A stretch of DNA of 63,662 nt, filler included, from Guillardia theta CCMP2712 (Eukaryota; Protista; Cryptophyta), in the NCBI RefSeq assembly GCF_000315625.1. It is 6 parts of 6 records of this genome, joined end to end, with 100 filler letters (N's around TTAATTAATTAA, not from the genome) between each part and the next. Parts side by side here need not be neighbours in the genome. Positions count along the whole stretch, not along the records: positions 29,646 to 50,727 come from NW_005434354.1; 5 more parts are not named here. The stretch is one strand, 5' to 3'. Below the pieces are notes generated by a model. That model worked only from the letters and a program-made list of their open reading frames with translations, did not search any database and was not told where the DNA came from. The position numbers and the translations under genes were made by a program. Positions 37,401 to 50,827 of this stretch are shown piece after piece (positions within the stretch are counted from its first letter, which is position 1; the number at the start of each line of letters is the position of its first letter).

Positions 37401-38429
37401 ATGCCTGCCCGTCCCCATGAGAAGGGTGTTGAAACGCGTCAGCCACGCTCTGCGGCAGTATGTGGGATTCAAACTCGTCGGGCAACCGAAGAAAGAGAAT
37501 CTTCGCTAGATACAGTCAACGAGGAACTTTATTCTGGAGTCCCTGACCATGTGAAGGAACCATTTATGCATCCCAACATTCTTCTCTGCGATTCCGTCAA
37601 TCCAGTTTGGAAGGATGACAACCTCGGCACAGCGTTACCGCTGGTCCCTGGTTGTGGTGTAACATACTCAGATGTTGACGATGGCTCAAAACGTTGTGGA
37701 GTAATCAAGCGTATCATTTCGACATGTCAATTTGAAGTTTACATGTTGTACGATAAGCAATTGCTGAAAAGGGTGGATCAAAACTTGAAATCGAATGGAG
37801 TGCCACACGGTGAAGTGGCAAGGCTGAGCAGAATTTTGAAGGATGATGAATGCCTGCAATCAATTTACTGTGAAATAATCAGTTTCGAGGACATAAATGA
37901 TGTCTTCGACTTGTCATATCCTGTGTTTCAATCTAGTGATGGACAACATGTGAAGGTGATAGGATATATTCATTTTTCCGAGCAAAGCTTAGGCAAAAAA
38001 AGTTATTGCGAATGCGCATTCTTCTCGATTCCAGACCCTGCAAAATTCATTGAAGAGATGGTGCTTTTTCAAACCAAACGCTTACCATCTCACTTTTTTT
38101 TCACAGTCCGAAGAGATATCGAAACATTCAAAGATTGTTTCCACAAGTGGTTGGTCGCGCGGGGATCTGTGTTTGAGAAGAGAGGTATTAAGGAGTTGGA
38201 GTTTTCCTGCCCCGATGTCCAAATCAGCAGCATTCTATCATTGATCCCAACAGAAGTTCGACAGAAAATCTCTGTGAAACGTCAGCTCAAGTTCTACAAA
38301 TGGTTCCTTGGTGAGGAGGTGGTGGAGCATCCATTGTTTGCTCGTGTTTTCGATGTTCCACTTGTCAGGAATCCCAGACCTTTGCCGAATTTGTCCAGAG
38401 TATATGTGCAATTGCCGATGGCGCTGTAA
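37401..38429 (+). CDS. Intronless hypothetical protein, possible BAH-like domain
   Basis: 343-codon ORF from MPARP; segment GCGVTY..GVIKRI..FEVYMLY..DECLQSIYCEIISFEDINDVF loosely resembles BAH. Confidence 0.6.
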   Translation: MPARPHEKGVETRQPRSAAVCGIQTRRATEERESSLDTVNEELYSGVPDHVKEPFMHPNILLCDSVNPVWKDDNLGTALPLVPGCGVTYSDVDDGSKRCGVIKRIISTCQFEVYMLYDKQLLKRVDQNLKSNGVPHGEVARLSRILKDDECLQSIYCEIISFEDINDVFDLSYPVFQSSDGQHVKVIGYIHFSEQSLGKKSYCECAFFSIPDPAKFIEEMVLFQTKRLPSHFFFTVRRDIETFKDCFHKWLVARGSVFEKRGIKELEFSCPDVQISSILSLIPTEVRQKISVKRQLKFYKWFLGEEVVEHPLFARVFDVPLVRNPRPLPNLSRVYVQLPMAL

Positions 38430-40789
38430 TCTCCTTCAAATCTATCGTTGGTATTGATGGACTGGGAGGAATTCAGTGGCATGCTGATCCCAACAAACGA
38501 AAACGTGTGAAACGGAATTAGGAATATAATAAATCAGAATTTCCTGCTGAGACCTGCTGAGACATCAGAACATCGACCAACCCTCTCCATACACTAATAC
38601 CTGACAATATATCAGAATTCGGCGAAAAGTATCGACACAATTCTTCCATGTCATGAGCATCAAAGGGGCGAACTGGAATGTTGAAGCCGCCATCACCACG
38701 TTTCGCACGCTTGCCGTACAAAAACCCGGCCCGCTTCAGTTCTCGAGTGAATCCTGAACTCATGGAGGCGTTCTCCATGGGCATAACTTCACACAAGAGA
38801 TGAAATAATTGTATAAAACTTCAATGTTAGACATCTGTGTTCATCAACATGAACATAGATTGTGGCTTCTTCTCGAAATACCGAGGAGAATTTATAGGGA
38901 GAGGTAAGGAGACCTCCTACCCACCCCATCTCTTTTCGAGGACCCACCTTCAGATGAAGCCTTCGAGCTTCACTACCCCACCAATCAGTGTTAATTCTTC
39001 TTATAAGTATGGGGTGGGTGGTTGTTTGAATCGAAAAATGACCCCTACCGATAGATGAAAAAAACAGGGACACGGTGTGGGGGGTGGTCTGGCGGGATGG
39101 AAACTACCCACCCCGATGACTGGGGACATCGAAGATTCAAATCACCCTACCCACATTTTAGATCATATTTCAGTGAACATAAGGGGTAGTCACTGACCAC
39201 CTACCCAGTGGTTGTGTTCAGAATTCAAAAATTCAAATCTGTGTTTCTGCTAGGACCCTACCCCACCAGTGATCTGAAGTTTTGTGGAGTATGCATGGGT
39301 TCTTCAGTGTGATCAGGCCACCACCCGTCCATTCAAGTCATTTCGTAAGGAATGGACGGGTAATGGTGCATATTCAACACGCGGACTCGAAATGCTCTAA
39401 AACTATTCTACAAGCCGTCCACGCCAGTACAAACTCCATCCGAGAATAACAGCAAATTCAGGGCTCCAACCCATTTGCGTACCCCCCCGACGAGTGAGGG
39501 GAAGGAGGTAAACCACTTGCCACCCACCGTTGAATCGTGGGAATTCATGGGGTGGTGACTAGAACTGATGAAGGAGTCAACCACCCGTCGATAACTCTGA
39601 AGCATACCCTGGTACTAAAACTACTTAGACCGCCGTCCATAATTTGTACCAGAAGCCCTCCAGGGGATATTAACTAAAACTATAAGCGAACGTAATGGGC
39701 GCCCGTTCAGCCGCTGCGGCCGGCGCGCCGTGATCGGCCTACCGTACGGTATGGAACGGCCTGCCAGGATACCGTAGCCCGGCGCCGGCCTGCAGTGCCG
39801 CGGGTGGCACCGGGGCCCGGACTCACTGGGCCATGTGGCAGCCGGCCCTCCGGTGCGGCGTGCGGCCTGAGACGGACTCGGGACTTGGGACTCCCGGCGG
39901 AGTACCGCCGTAGTACGGTACCGTCAGCGGCGGCCCGGGCCGCGGCGGCTGCACTCCGGGGCAGGCAGTGACTCGGACGCGGCGGCCCGCAAGCCGCCGC
40001 GCGGCCGCCGAACGCCCCGGCGGCGGCGGGCCCGGGCAGCTCACCGTAGTCAGTCAGTAAGTTTCAAAGATTCAATGATTGATCGGATCCCCGGTCGGGC
40101 CGCGAGCGGCGATGGACTCGGCCGATACCCGCCGCCGGGGCCGCTAGTTTGTACAGCCAAGTTCCCGAGTCGGACTGTCACGCCCCTCGGAACTTCGGAA
40201 ATTAACTTGAATTCGAATTTCATCAGCGGGAGCATGGAATGAGTTTTGAACTCCTCCCTACCGTACTACAGGCTACTCCTGAGTCCCGGTCCCGCCAAGC
40301 GAAGTTGCCTGTGCCAGCCTCCTCCCCTGCGGCTCAGGCTTCCGATCGGACTTGCCGGAGTTGCCGGACTCAGGCTGAGGCTCACGCTCACTCGCGGCTA
40401 GTACGGCGGTGACTCGCGACTGGAACTTTGGCCTGCCGGGTAGTTCCCCATTGGCAGCGCGCACGGCCGCCGCCGGTCCGAGCCTCAGTAACTCAGTGAG
40501 CCCAGGCTGCTGCCGCGCCGGGCGGCCCGATCCGAAGTTCATCCCAACCGTTCCAGGCTGGGCCGTGGCAGACGGAGCCTGACCGTCTGAGCCGACTCAT
40601 GCCGCCTGGGGCCGTCGGATCCGGCGGATGTGTGAGAGTCACCGTGTCACACTGCTGGGCCGCGAGCCCAGGCTGCAGCGAGCCTGCCCGGCGATGGCGA
40701 CGGCGTACATGATTTGCCCGGTTCACGTGCTTGCGGCGGGGCCCGGGCGTCTTGCAAACACTACAGTCACAGTGTTCTTGTGGTTTGAC

Positions 40790-42688
40790 TCGATGCTGTC
40801 GCTGTAAGTAACATGCGCGTCAACGGCAGAAACCGGCGAGCGCAGCAAGTGGCTGAATTCCTCACATTACTGAGAGGCGAGACTTGAGGAGCTCGAGCTT
40901 TGAGTTGACGATCTCAGGGCTCGGCCAAACCTTGGAGTAGGCGTACAGGACATACCTGATCAATGGGACAGAAAGATCAAGAGCGCGCAGTGAAGGGAAG
41001 GGACGGTATCGGCTGGTGGAGGTGATGGAAGGTGCGCGGAAAGTGATGGGAAGAGGAGCAGGAGGAGCAGGAGCAGCGGCAGTAGAGGCAGCAGAAGGCT
41101 ACCGGCAATTAGGCACGATGTTGTTGAAGTACCAAAGAAATCATCCATACTCAACTCACTGAGACTGTCAACAAGCAATCAAGGACAGAAGCCTCAGCCA
41201 AGAACCCAGTCACCTCGAGGTCGCTATCAGGACGTCTGCCCCCCGAAACCCCCTGTGTAACCATGTGTTGAGGTGCTTGGTGTCCACCAGGTTGAAGGTG
41301 AAGTTCGACGAGGACTCGCACTGTGAGCAGCTGCTCCTACACCTCTCGTGCATGAACTCCCTTGGTTATCCCAAGTCATTCCCACTGCCGTGCGCATGCC
41401 AAACTTCGACTCACGGATTTTTCATGCACTCGCCTGCTGCCGCCCATACACGGCATGCTTCATCGTCGTCATAGCACAAGTGGGAAGTGAAAGACGACTT
41501 GGATGTCTGCTCCTCGAAGTCCTCTGCCACAACATTCCGGAGAACAGTAGCATTGAGAGTGCTTTCGAAGTAAAACCCCTGAACATGATCTCAGGTCACG
41601 CTCAACACAAGTCATTGACCTGGAGCTTGTTCATGAAGCGCATGTCAAAAATCGTCCAGTGCCTGAAACCGTACGCGAGGGCAAAGAGTCTCGCCATGTT
41701 CCCGTATCCTCCGCCAATCTCCACCACCTAGGAAGCAGCAGGGCAATTGGATCTCAAACAACCTACTCCCTCTTCTCTCATCTTCCCTCTTCCCTCCTCT
41801 CGCACCTTCAGCTTGCTCAGTTCGGCTCTGTCTGCAAGCAGGGTCTTGATCAGCAAGCTGAGCTGCATGACATGTCGGCAGGTGTTGGTGGTCGGAAGCT
41901 TCCCATTGGCATGATTCGGCAGGGCCCCAGACCTGTAGCCCAGGAGCGCGTCCCCCACAGCAAACAGCTCGCTGCTGACTTGGCTGCTCACGTTCCCCGC
42001 GATGTGCGCAGCCTGCCAGGGAGATCAGCATGAGCATCGAGTTCAGCAGGAGCATCTGTCAGCGCTAGAGGGCAAGCGGCTTCACCTCCGGATCGCCCCA
42101 CGTCCAGTAAGGACACGTGAAGTGGAAAATGGGCTCCTCGGAGAAGAGTGAGAGGTCAGCCTCGTCGACGAAGGCGTCTCCCAGCATCTCGTGGTACCGC
42201 CACCAGTCCCCGATATCATGGAACGTGTCGCTTGAGAAGGCAGCATCTGCTAGCTCTGGGAAGGACGAGAAGCTCTCTCTCGTCCTCAGCAGTCTCCGGA
42301 ACGCGTCGTCAAACGACATGGACGCGATCCTCCCACGGACAGAATCCTGGTATTCGGAGAATCTCTGGCCGACCAGGGATGCAACGGCCTCGCATCCCTC
42401 CTCGCTCAGCTTCCTTTCCTCGCATAGCTGTGTGACCGCCATCCCGATGTCGTCCATAGGTCCGAGCATGAGACCAACCTGGAGCTTTCCCTGCTCCCTT
42501 TCCCTTGCTCCGTCCACGAAGATCCCGTCCCCGCTCAACACAACATCGACCAGTAGCTTGTGAGTCTGGTGTTGCTGCTTCGCCCCAACAATCTGAAAAC
42601 ATCCGTCGTCTCGGCCGCCGTACAAGCCTAGCAGCACCATGGCTGCCAGCGTCGCCCCCCTCGACCCCCGTCTCCTCGCCCCTGCCAT
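40790..42688 (-). CDS. Secreted/membrane SAM-dependent methyltransferase, putative sugar O-methyltransferase (multi-exon; 3' end approximate)
   Basis: N-terminal hydrophobic segment; VEIGGGYGNMARLF..WTIFD SAM motif; SLSELSMDDF exon. Confidence 0.7.
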
Positions 42689-44551
42689 GTCGTAGCTATC
42701 CTGGCAGAGCTCGCCTCGGATACCTTTCTCTCTGGGAAAACCAAGGCCCGCCTCAGGGTAATGAGGTCCACACTGGGTCCGCCTCACGGAGGAATCACGG
42801 AATCTGCCCCGGCACACCGGCAGGCGCGCTCGGAGACTCCGGTCACCCGGAAGCTGAAATTATGAACCTATTTGAAATTATAAATTCAACAATTGAAATT
42901 TGATACAGAATCTTGAAACCCTCGTGTTACGGCGAGATTCAATCTCGCTAAACCCTGCATTCGTCTACTTTACGGACCCCTACCCCCATCCCTCCACTTC
43001 TGCACACCCCCTCCAAATCTTTTATGAGGTGTTCCGCCCCCGGGGGTCCCCTGCAGGAGATAGCGGGAGATACGCCTGCAGGTCTATCGGAACGCTGCGG
43101 TTTTATAGCCCTTTCGATTCTGTTACGACAAAGTCAGCCTCGTTTTTGTGGAGGGCGGCGTCATATAAATTACTGTCTAAAACACTTGTAAAGGGCTGCG
43201 TAAAAGTTTTTGAAACCCTGTTTTCGAGTTTTCCCCAACAAATCTGTGAATATTTCAATGCTTCATAACAATTATTTCAATATTTATCCAAAATATTGGA
43301 TGGTGTCACAATCTGGCGGTGAGTCTTAAACCACGCATAAATAGATCGTAAATAACTTTTAGGATCGTATCCCCGGGCCACATGCCACACTACCCCACCC
43401 TACTCTGAAAATCCAATGCATTCACCCCACCCTGCAAATTGATCTAGATGATAGCTTGAAGTACGGGTACACATTATGAATCACCCCCTGTACAGTGGTG
43501 CATGCTTTACAACCCTTCGCTACAATCGATCAGTCTCCTGAAATGTTAGTCAAACAGCCGAATCTCAATGAGGATTTTCAAAGGAGAGACGATATATGAA
43601 ATCTATATGTATCCTACTCATAGTTTATTCACCCTGGTGCCTGAAGGATTCACGAAAATTTCAACCAGCTCGAAAATTTTCAGACGTTGCCTGGTTTTTA
43701 CATCATTACGTGCTCCCGGATATCGAAAAGAAATGTTTTCCCAGAAGGCTCGCAACCCTGCAAAACAGTTGGCTAGCCATTCGGTTGGATAAGGAGAGTA
43801 TAAAGGGCTGTCGGGATCTATCCTAATTTTACTTATGATCTTTATTGAAGAAATTGAAAGCCTTACCCACCATGATTGCAGTACCTATTCTCCACTCGCA
43901 ATCTGCCTCAGGCCTGAATTGTTTACAACTCTTTGCAAGACCTCCACCCCCGCAAAAGATTGACCACCAATCTGAAGGGTTAGCACCCACCGGTCTCAAC
44001 AATACTCTTCCTTTACCACCAGAAAGTTTAGGCCACCCCCCCATTTCTAGTCAAAAGTACCCACCTTTCATAGAAAGGACCATTTCTGGAAATATTACCC
44101 CTACCCCCACCCCCAGTAGGAAACCTTGAACCCCTACCCTTAAACAACCACGCCCCCCATTTCCAATCTCCTCACTTATCTCGAGTGTTCCTCCCGCCCT
44201 GCCCACAACCGCTTCATCCCCAGCTCCTGCTGCTCCGTCTGCTCGATCGCTCTCTACTCCTCTTCGTATCCTCTCCTTTATACACAGGCTCTGAGCTAGG
44301 CCTTGTCCTTTCTTGGTATCTTGTTCACCCTTCCCGTTTCTCGACGCTACCACACCATTGCCAATCAATATCTGCCACAAGCAGGGCCCACCTGGCCCAT
44401 CGGTACTGTGTGATTTCTGTATTGCCTACAGTTTTCGCGTCTTTCCTGTTCTTGTTTGACGTTGTCCAAAACTTTCTTGGCACGAAATTTTCCTCTATCC
44501 CACTTCTGCTTCCTGTCGGCTTTCCACAAGTCTGTTTTTCCATTGATTCCC

Positions 44552-45088
44552 ATGGAGGAGAAGAAATCGTTATCGGAGGATCACTCAGGATCGAAGAGGC
44601 GATACTCTGACCCTGAAACTGAAACGTATTCATTTTGGATGCCTGGAATGGCTGTGAAGGACGAAATGCCCACGAAGCAGCGAAGGGTGATCGAGAAGGC
44701 CAATTGCATCTTTAACGAGCTACGAGTGCTCGTGCTGCAGGACATGGAGCGGAAGATACAGAGGGATTTACAAGAAAGAAAAACTTCCAAGCAGATCGCA
44801 GATAATTATCCACTCCTACCAAGGGAACCAAGCTCAAGTTCTTTGACGCCATCTGAAACTGCATCGGATATTCCAGAGTCCCCAGAATTGAGTCAGGAAT
44901 CAACAACCAAAGTTGGAAAAACAACACCTTGCTTGCAACCGATGCCGAGGGACGCCTTTGATGTTGCGCAGAATAGATCAGATGAAACGCACATCGATCA
45001 CAATGAAATCCGTGTAATCAAGTTTGGATCCAATCAGGCTCGGAAATGCTTATCTGGCTCGGACATCCCTCTTTGCCCCATGATATAG
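44552..45088 (+). CDS. Intronless hypothetical protein
   Basis: 178-codon ORF from MEEKKS with a coiled-coil-like middle and an S/P-rich tail. Confidence 0.55.
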   Translation: MEEKKSLSEDHSGSKRRYSDPETETYSFWMPGMAVKDEMPTKQRRVIEKANCIFNELRVLVLQDMERKIQRDLQERKTSKQIADNYPLLPREPSSSSLTPSETASDIPESPELSQESTTKVGKTTPCLQPMPRDAFDVAQNRSDETHIDHNEIRVIKFGSNQARKCLSGSDIPLCPMI

Positions 45089-45854
45089 TTCTTGATCTCT
45101 CTTGAAGGTTCAAGGTACCACACAGCAGTCTAGTCTCAATGTAGTCTAGTGTTAATGTAACAGTAAAAGTGTCAAACATCTGCAGAGTGACTCTCAGAGT
45201 CACCGCCGCGCGCCGTCACGGCGTACGACTCGATTGAAGCCCCGCGGTCGGGTTTGGCGCCAGCGATCGGATGCCTCTGAGTAAAGTTCAGCCTGAGGCT
45301 TTACGCTGTACGCCGATCATCGGATCGCTCTGCTAACTTTGAGTAAAAGCTTGTCGGACCGTCACGCACCCACCGGACCGTCGCCGTCCGATGGGCGCGA
45401 ACTTCGGAACTTTCAAGTTTTCGCATCGGACCGTCGGACTGCGGCACTGGCGCAGTGCGCACTCACTGTCAGCCGGTGACTCCGACTCAGAGGACTGAGG
45501 CCCGGCGGCCGGGCAGACCGTCTGAGTCGGACCGACGGCGAGGCTGCCGGCCGGCCCGGCCCGGGCCGCCCCGGGGCCCTACCGGGCCGTACTCACTAGT
45601 CACTGAGTAGGCTGCACTGCCGGGCCCCCGGCCCTGGCCCCCCGGGCCGACGCCCCGTCTGATCCGAGCCCGGTGGCAGCTGCGGCGGCCGGCGGCGCGG
45701 GCCCGGTCGGCGGGGCGCCGCGCGCCCGGTCACTGAATCCTTTACCGGCGGTCACTCAGCAAAGTACGGTTTCAAACCGTTTTCAATCTTAGATTCCCCA
45801 TCCCCACTCAACCCGCTTCTCTCGTGGTCCTCGGCGGCGATGCTGCAGCAAGCG

Positions 45855-46901
45855 ATGGCGCGGCGATGGGGAGGAGGCTTGTGCTCTCGGCTCCTTGCTT
45901 CCCCCATCTCAATCCTTTCACCCTCCACTAGTCTGCTCTCTCCCCTCTCCTCTCCGCCGTCCTCCTCGCTGCACTCATCCCCCAACGCTGCCTCATCATC
46001 AGTACATGGAAAGGCGGCACAAGTTCCATCGTCGTTTGTGCGCCAGGCCATGGCTAGCCTGCGATCCACACCAATGAAAGGTCTGTGCTGTGTAGTACTT
46101 CATTCGATGTCTCATGGTCTGCTCACTAGCCATGCTGCCTTCTCTCCTGCCGGGCACGAGGAGAGGAGTAGCAGGCTTTACTGCTGATGGCAGGATCGTG
46201 GGGAACATGCAGGAGGCCTGGTAGCAAGAATCGCAGCGCTCTTGGTGTCTGTCCTGATGGAATGATCGTACAGGGAGAAACGAGAAGTTGAGAGGATCGT
46301 CAGTACTCGCAACCCCAAGAACTATGACAACTTCGAAGTTGGGGACTTTGTTGTTGTCAGAGTCATCAACCCGTTGCAGCCTTCCAAGTACATGACGTTT
46401 GGAGGTGCAGCATGAGAGATACTCTTTTTGTTAGCAACCTGAGGTTCATGGAACAGGCATCTGCCTCGCGAAGAGGAACGGCCTGCTGTCTGCTTCCTTC
46501 ACCCTCCGCAACATCGTCGCGGGCGTCGGTGTGTGATTTCAATGCTCGTGCTCCCAGATCTCTTTCTGACAAGCGCGAAGGTGTTGAGCGACAGTTCAAG
46601 CTCTACGCTCCCAACATCATGGTAGTTGTTGTTGATCTGCTCGTGTCCTCATGAGCAAGCGGCCGCAGGGCATCCGCAGGATAGGCAGGACGTCCTTGAA
46701 GGTGAGGCGCTCCAAGATCTACTACGTCCGCAACCTTCCTTCTAGGTACGCGTTTCTTCCCTCCTGCTCCTCCTGCTCCTCCTCTCCTTCACTCGCTCTC
46801 CTTCTCTCCCTCTCCTTTACTCGCCCTCCTCCAGGTACTCCACCATCAACTTCTCCGAGAAGGCTGTCAACCTCCCTCAAGGCCCTGCTGCAGCTTCTTG
46901 A
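45855..46901 (+). CDS. MRPL19: Organellar (probably mitochondrial) ribosomal protein L19 (multi-exon)
   Basis: FEVGDFVVV, REGVERQFKLYAPNI, KVRRSKIYYVRNLP; R/S/L-rich N-terminal presequence. Confidence 0.88.
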
Positions 46902-47099
46902 GAAAGCGAGCGAATTTTGCATGCAATGTTGGAAGCAGCTCAGCTACTCGGAGTGCCATGCACAATGACGATTCAAGTCCAACAAGCTATAAAATAAACA
47001 TTCCGTCCTTCCCTCTATCACAACTACACATGACCATCCCTGGGCTCCTCAGTGTGCCGCGCGCTTCTTGGGCTGTGACGCACGTCAATGAGATCCGGA

Positions 47100-48190
47100 G
47101 TCAAGGGAGCTCCTACCTCTATCCTCGTCAGCTGTTTCCGAGCATCTAGCCCAGCATCAAACCCGGCACGGTAAGCCTGTCAGGGGGGGGTCAGACCAGC
47201 TCGGGATAACTGAATAACACTGAACCTCGAGATTCTTCCTGGTGACCTCGGGGCTGAACTTCTGGTACATCTTTGATTCCATCAGCCACGGAGCGAGGAG
47301 GGGCTGGGCAATACCTCTGACATCCTCGGTCTTGACGCGAGCTCTGTCACTTTTCCTATCTGCTTCTTCGCACCATCGCTCGACCCGCCGCCATCCCCGC
47401 CGCCTCCCTTGCCCCCGTCCATGGGAGGTGCAGAGAAGGTGAACAGAGGGGAGACAACCTGACCGAACAGCATGAGCGAGAGTGCAGAGAGATCTGAGAC
47501 GTTCACACAACACCTGCTCGCTGTCATACTGCGGCTGACCAGCAAACTTGACAGGTCCCGAGGGATTGCCGACTGCAGCATCCTCGTCATGCGGATGGAC
47601 AGTAGGGCGTGCAAGGATGAGAGGAGCGAACCTGACAGTAGTCGCGCATAACAATATCTCATCTCGGCCTCAGTCACGAAGTTTGTTGTGCAGAACTGGA
47701 AAAGAAGCGCGCGCTGTTTGCGAGGGCTCAATGGTAATCTTATCCATGGCCATCCTGTCAGTCTGCATCATCACAAGGGGTCAAGACGTTACCCGTTAGG
47801 CGCCAACCACATGTGGTACATGCTTGCAACATCCTGCCAGACCGTCAGCACGGCCAAGGAGGAGGGAATCGCTGCAAAGACCGGTGCCTGCGATGCCCGC
47901 GCGTTGCCTCTGAGCAGAACGACGCAGCTAACTACAACGATCATCCCCGTGACTACCGAGATGGTCAGGTTCCTCCTCGTCGACGCATTCTGCAGGTGCA
48001 AGTTTGTGTCAGGCCATGGACCGATGGCTCGGGGGGTTCGCATCACTGACCGGGCGACGATCGACGTAGAGTGTTTCCATGGTGAGACGTCGGAGGAAAC
48101 CCCTGCGAAGAGCTCACTACAACTTGCAGCACTTCTCTCTCCCCATGCAGGATGAAACATGTCGCCTGATAGCTCACATTTGCTCATCCA
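47100..48190 (-). CDS. Hypothetical multi-exon membrane protein (approximate)
   Basis: Chain of minus-strand ORFs with a hydrophobic segment and short intron-like breaks; no domain recognised. Confidence 0.35.
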
Positions 48191-48871
48191 CCTCTTCTTG
48201 TGATCTTGCTATCTACGAACTGACCTGCAGTGCAAAGGAACTCGTTTCATCTGCTCTCTTTCTTTCTCTCCCCTCCCCTTCTCCATGTCGCTCGGCACCC
48301 ATAGATTCCAGAAATAGAAACTTCAAACTTTAAACTTTGAAGACTCCGAGCTCAAACTTTCAGTCAAACTCCAAAAGTTTCCCTACAATGCGAGCGGGGA
48401 GGTGGCATTTCGATGGGATGGTGGAATGCTTGGAAGGGAAGGAGGAGGAGGAGAGGAGGAGAGGAGGAGAGGAGGAGAGGAGGAGAGGAGGAGAGGAGGA
48501 CAGGAGATGGAAGGAAGGATTGAACGAAGTATGAAGATAACAGCTACAGGGAATGAAGGGGATCAGGGGATCAAAGGAAAGGAAGAGGCAGTGTCAGAGT
48601 GCGAGGAGGAGGTGCGAGGAGGAGGTGGAGTGTTGTTGTGAAGTGGGGGGAGGGGTAGCTGCTGGGAGCAGCGGAAGGGCAGAGAGAAAGCAGGGAAGAG
48701 AGGAGCAAGGAAGGTAGGAGAGGAGGGAGGGAGATCCCAAATGAAAGGCAGCAAGAATCAAAGTGTGCTATACGTCCTTCACGCGTCATGTGAGGGGGCA
48801 GAGATCAAGGGAGGATGAATGAATGAAGAGAATGATTGTTGGGTAGAGGAGCAGGCATCGGTCGGTACGAG

Positions 48872-50632
48872 ATGGCATCGCATGTTCCTCGACCCCCTCA
48901 GTCTGTTCCTCCACATGCCCCACATGCTCCGGTAAGCTCAGAACGTCCTCTTGCTCCTCCTTTGCTCACACCTTCTCCTACAGCCTCCTGTTCGCAGCCA
49001 AACTTCGCTCCCTACCGAAGCTGCTCCTCGTCCGCCGAGGTCTGCCTCCTCCGCATTGTTCAGCTGTTCCTGACATGCTGGCAGCGCACCGGGAGCAGAA
49101 ACTTCGAGGTCCTCCCACCCTCCTGGTCGTCGAACTTAGTGACAGGTAGCGCAGGCTTGAAGCTTTGGCGTTCAAAGTCATGCGACTTAATCGCCCTTCC
49201 TTCCACCAGGTCCCATCCTCCTTCATCCTCCCCTTCTCCCTCCCCCATCCTCCTCTCCTTTCTCCTCCTCCTCTTCTCTTGTACCTCAACGACCTCCTCT
49301 TCTTGACCTGGTCGCGATCACTTCCTGCTCCCTCTCTCCTCCTGGTCATCAACCCTCTGCCCATTTCCCTTGTCCTGGTCTTCTCTCCTCCTCCTCCTCC
49401 TCCTCCTCCTCCTCCTCCTCCTCCTCCTCCTCCTCCTCCTCCTCCTCCTCCTCCTCCTCCTCTCCTGCTCGCTGTATCTGATTGTATATCAGGCTGGTTT
49501 CACCGCCGGGCTGCAAGCGCTCAGGGAGACTGCGAGCGATCAAGCAGAGCAGGCGACCGGTCACCTTCCTCATTCCGATGCAGAAGGATGTCCCAGCGAG
49601 AACCTCCTCCTCCCCACTGTAAGCCTCCCGTCTCCGCCCTCCCCCTTCCCCGTCCTCCGTTCCCTCTGCCCGTGCTTGAGTCTCGCTACACCCTCCTCCT
49701 TCCAGCACCTCCTCCTCCTCTCCTCCTCATCATCATCGTGTCTACCAGCTCGTCCCTTCACTTTCGCTCTTGCAGGGCTTCGGCAACATCTACTTAGGAG
49801 AAACCTTCACTGCTTACATCAGCGCTTGGTGACCGTTCTACCTCCTCCTTCCTCCTTCCTCCTTCCGTTCCTCCCTCCTCCCTCCTCCCCGTCCGCCCCT
49901 CCTCCTCCTGTTTTCCATTTCTCTTATCTCCTCGCTGCTCCCTCACTTCTCCTCCTCCTGCTTGCCAACCTTCCCTCCCACACCTTCTGTGACTGTCGCT
50001 ACAAACGTCTGCTGAGTTCTGAATGTTGGGAGCAGCAACACAAGTGGTAGCCGGCTGATGCGGCTAGAGATCAGGTATGTCACTCTCCTCCTCCCCCTCC
50101 TCATCCTCATCCTCGTTCTTCTCCTCCTCCTCCTCCTCCTCATTCCCTCTACCGCCTGACCCCTCCGTAACTTCCTCCTCCGCCCCTTCCTCATCACCTT
50201 TCTCCTCCTCCCTCACTCTCCTCCCTCGCAGGGCAGAAATCCAGACGGGCACCAAGCGCGTCCCGCTGCTGGACGGCAAGCCGGTGCTGCCGCATGCAAG
50301 GATGCGCCGCGGGAGCTGATGGGGGGGAGCAGGAGACTGTGCTGGCGCAGTTCGAGTCCAACCAGCAAGTTGACTACATCGTGTCCCACGAGCTGAAGGA
50401 AGCAGGTGAAGGGAGGGGGGGAGGAGGAGGAGGAGGAGGAGGAGGAGGAGGAGGAGGAGGAGGTTGAAAGGACTGGTGAAGTTGTGATAGGTGTGCACAT
50501 AATGATTTGCTCGGGAAGCTACCTGGATGCTTCAGGGGAGGAGAAGAAGGTAAGGGGGAGGGGTCCTGCCTCCTTATCCTCGACTTCTCATATCCTTTCT
50601 CTCGTCAGGTCCGACAATACTTCAAGTTCCAG
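48872..50632 (+). CDS. TRAPPC13: Trafficking protein particle complex subunit 13 (5' part; truncated by gap)
   Basis: LAFKVMRLNRPSF, LLLPT|GFGNIYLGETFTAYIS, AEIQTGTKRVPL, DYIVSHELKEAGVHIMICSGSY, RQYFKFQV. Confidence 0.92.
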
Positions 50633-50827
50633 GTTCCACTCTCTTCCTCCTCCACCTCCTCCTTATCCTCATGCTCCTCCTCCTCCTCTTCATCCTCCTC
50701 CTTCTCCTCTCCTGCCTCCTCCGCCCTNNNNNNNNNNNNNNNNNNNNNNNNNNNNNNNNNNNNNNNNNNNNTTAATTAATTAANNNNNNNNNNNNNNNNN
50801 NNNNNNNNNNNNNNNNNNNNNNNNNNN

